Assembly: GCA_964016885.1 (NCBI GenBank)
Contig: CAXHJY010001311.1
Coordinates: 1 to 28,909 of the forward strand
Direction of reading: 5' to 3'
DNA from: Eledone cirrhosa
Taxonomy: Eukaryota
DNA: 28,909 bases
Made by a program: the position numbers and the translations under genes. Below are positions 25,617-28,909 of this stretch, piece by piece (the first letter of the stretch is position 1; every line of letters starts with the position of its first letter). The notes beneath the pieces were generated by a model. It had not been told where the DNA came from and made no database searches. It saw only the letters and a program-made list of their open reading frames with translations.

Positions 25617-25625
25617 TATATGTAT

Positions 25626-25687
<62 letters not shown>

Positions 25688-25795
25688 TCAATTTATTAAT
25701 ATATTGTGTATTTACTCCACTAACTTGTTGAGTGCTTTATATCAGTTATAAAATGTTTTAAGCTTGTTGAATCCCAACAAATTAAATATAACCTC

Positions 25796-26790
<995 letters not shown>

Positions 26791-26817
26791 GTCAGCCTGT
26801 CTATCTATCTCCCCCCT

Positions 26818-27201
26818 CTACCGACAGCCGCAGGTGTTGACGATAATGTCTTTAAGTTTTGTATGTATGACCTTCTTGTTGTTAGTCATGTAAAGAATCT
26901 GAAGAACGCTCTCACTTGTCGATGTACAACATGGGATGTCATTAATTGTGACACCGGTCTTGAAACCCATGTAGGTGTTGGGGAAGCTGTCGTCCATCAT
27001 ATCATAGGTACAATTCCCAGAACAGTAGTTGGCTTCGAATGATGTCGGGAACAATACCCAGTCCCATTTCATCTTTAAGAAGTCTACAGTCAATGGGTAA
27101 AGACAGCAATGGCCCAGAGGTTCGTTGGCATTGCATTTGTTGGTAATTGTACGCCTTTGTCGTCCATGTTTCTGTCGGGAGAATTTGATGTCCATCACTG
27201 G
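26818..27201 (-). CDS. Terminal coding exon of a TGF-beta superfamily ligand (myostatin/GDF11/myoglianin-like): end of prodomain, furin site and complete mature domain
   Basis: RQRR cleavage site; nine Cys in the pattern C...CC.YPLTVDF...WDW...P...ANYCSGNC...PCC...CGC*. It is preceded by a poly-T tract and TTGCAG acceptor (27207-27202), phase 0. The track's start 'M' is the intronic TTG. Upstream exons are not visible in the window. Confidence 0.93.
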   Translation of the reverse strand, partial: PVMDIKFSRQKHGRQRRTITNKCNANEPLGHCCLYPLTVDFLKMKWDWVLFPTSFEANYCSGNCTYDMMDDSFPNTYMGFKTGVTINDIPCCTSTSESVLQILYMTNNKKVIHTKLKDIIVNTCGCR

Positions 27202-27227
27202 CTGCAATAGAATAAAAAAAAAAAAAT
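27202..27227 (-). promoter_or_regulatory. 3' splice acceptor with polypyrimidine tract
   Basis: The minus strand reads TTTTTTTTTTTTATTCTATTGCAG|CCAGTG. Confidence 0.8.
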
Positions 27228-28590
27228 AATAATTGTTTCTACTTATGGGGGCACAAGGCCAGTAATTCCTCCAGTGTATTGCTGGTACTTTATTTTATCA
27301 ACCCTGTAATAATTGTTTCTACTTATGGGGGCACAAGGCCAGCAAATACTCCAGTGTATTGCTGGTACTTTATTTTATCAACCCTGTAATAATTGTTTCT
27401 ACTTATGGGGGCACAAGGCCAGCAAATACTCCAGTGTATTGCTGGTACTTTATTTTATCAACCCTGTAATAATTGTTTCTACTTATGGGGGCACAAGGCC
27501 AGCAAATACTCCAGTGTATTGCTGGTACTTTATTTTATCAACCCTGTAATAATTGTTTCTACTTATGGGGGCACAAGGCCAGCAAATACTCCAGTGTATT
27601 GCTGGTACTTTATTTTATCAACCCTGTAATAATTGTTTCTACTTATGGGGGCACAAGGCCAGCAAATACTCCAGTGTATTGCTGGTACTTTATTTTATCA
27701 ACCCTGTAATAATTGTTTCTACTTATGGGGGCACAAGGCCAGCAAATACTCCAGTGTATTGCTGGTACTTTATTTTATCAACCCTGTAATAATTGTTTCT
27801 ACTTATGGGGGCACAAGGCCAGCAAATACTCCAGTGTATTGCTGGTACTTTATTTTATCAACCCTGTAATAATTGTTTCTACTTATGGGGGCACAAGGCC
27901 AGCAAATACTCCAGTGTATTGCTGGTACTTTATTTTATCAACCCTGTAATAATTGTTTCTACTTATGGGGGCACAAGGCCAGCAAATACTCCAGTGTATT
28001 GCTGGTACTTTATTTTATCAACCCTGTAATAATTGTTTCTACTTATGGGGGCACAAGGCCAGCAAATACTCCAGTGTATTGCTGGTACTTTATTTTATCA
28101 ACCCTGTAATAATTGTTTCTACTTATGGGGGCACAAGGCCAGCAAATACTCCAGTGTATTGCTGGTACTTTATTTTATCAACCCTGTAATAATTGTTTCT
28201 ACTTATGGGGGCACAAGGCCAGCAAATACTCCAGTGTATTGCTGGTACTTTATTTTATCAACCCTGTAATAATTGTTTCTACTTATGGGGGCACAAGGCC
28301 TGTAATTCCCCCAGTGTATTACTGGTACTTTATTTTATCAACCCTGTAATAATTGTTTCTACTTTTGGAGTCACGAGTCACAAGGCCAGCAATTACCTCA
28401 GTGTATTACTGGTACTTTATTTTATCAACCCTGTAATAATTGTTTCTACTTATGGGGGCACAAGGCCAGTAATTCCCCCAGTGTATTACTGGTACTTTAT
28501 TTTATCAACCCTGTAATAATTGTTTCTACTTATGGGGGCACAAGGCCAGCAATTACCCCAGTGCATTACTGGTACTTTATTTTATCGACC
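27228..28590 (-). repeat. 80-bp tandem repeat, about 17 copies, derived from the 3' half of the SINE (intronic)
   Basis: The plus-strand unit AATAATTGTTTCTACTTATGGGGGCACAAGGCCAGCAAATACTCCAGTGTATTGCTGGTACTTTATTTTATCAACCCTGT is close to the reverse complement of SINE bases about 6127-6201. Confidence 0.96.
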
Positions 28591-28909
28591 TCCTCATTGT
28601 AGATAAAGACCCCCCCTCGCTCCTCAACATGGCCATCGGTAAACAACCCCAGAAATCTGCTATTTTAGGGGAGAGCAAGATTTAAACTATATGAGACGCA
28701 AATTTAAATTTTGAAGACGAAAACAATGCCTTATCTAACCCAATCTAATCTGACCGAGTTTACACTCACAAATAAGAAGAACCAGGGCTGCCCCTAGGAG
28801 CATTGGATTTGGTGTACTTCATATTTGTTTCGGTTGCTGAACACAATCAGGGGTCACTGCTTCTCTTGAAGGTCAATAGTTCTCTTCTAACTCGAGCGGG
28901 ATGCCTTTC

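Noticed and set aside
27313-28516. Series of identical 78-aa ORFs, and the similar 64-84-aa ORF series at 8684-10650
   Set aside because: They are by-products of unit lengths that are not multiples of three, cycling through the frames of SINE- or LINE-derived repeats.
28764-28909. Possible upstream exon of the TGF-beta gene (minus-strand GTGAGT donor at 28769-28764)
   Set aside because: The phase-0 frame needed to join the ligand exon has stop codons, the other two frames also contain stops in the visible segment, and there is no prodomain-like sequence.

Overview
This is eukaryotic, repeat-dominated animal DNA. The RTE, SINE and MITE families and the long cryptic (TA)n tracts suggest a mollusc, probably an octopod cephalopod (inference from recalled repeat families, not a database result). 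The only clear host coding sequence is the terminal exon of a 9-cysteine TGF-beta ligand of the myostatin/GDF11/myoglianin type (26818-27201, minus strand), plus a 60-bp diverged duplicate of its 5' end. The rest is mobile and repetitive DNA. It includes RTE-clade LINEs with a PHD-type finger inside the RT region (one young 5'-truncated copy, one decayed near-full-length copy, several 3' fragments), a CR1-type LINE 3' end, tRNA-derived SINEs with clear TSDs, a TTAA/piggyBac-type MITE, a 162-bp palindrome and hammerhead-like motifs. Five tandem-repeat families (61, 70/79, 72, 80 and 108 bp) are present, and most can be traced to pieces of mobile elements. The most striking structure is the RTE at 20674-23759: the sequence directly upstream of its putative start codon is an inverted copy of its own 3' UTR, so it looks like a non-LTR retrotransposon with long inverted termini sitting in (TA)n. 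An 80-bp mini-palindrome made of two fused tails lies at 25472-25551. Most long ORFs in the supplied track (IY-, V/L-, T/N-, P/T-rich) are microsatellite artefacts.
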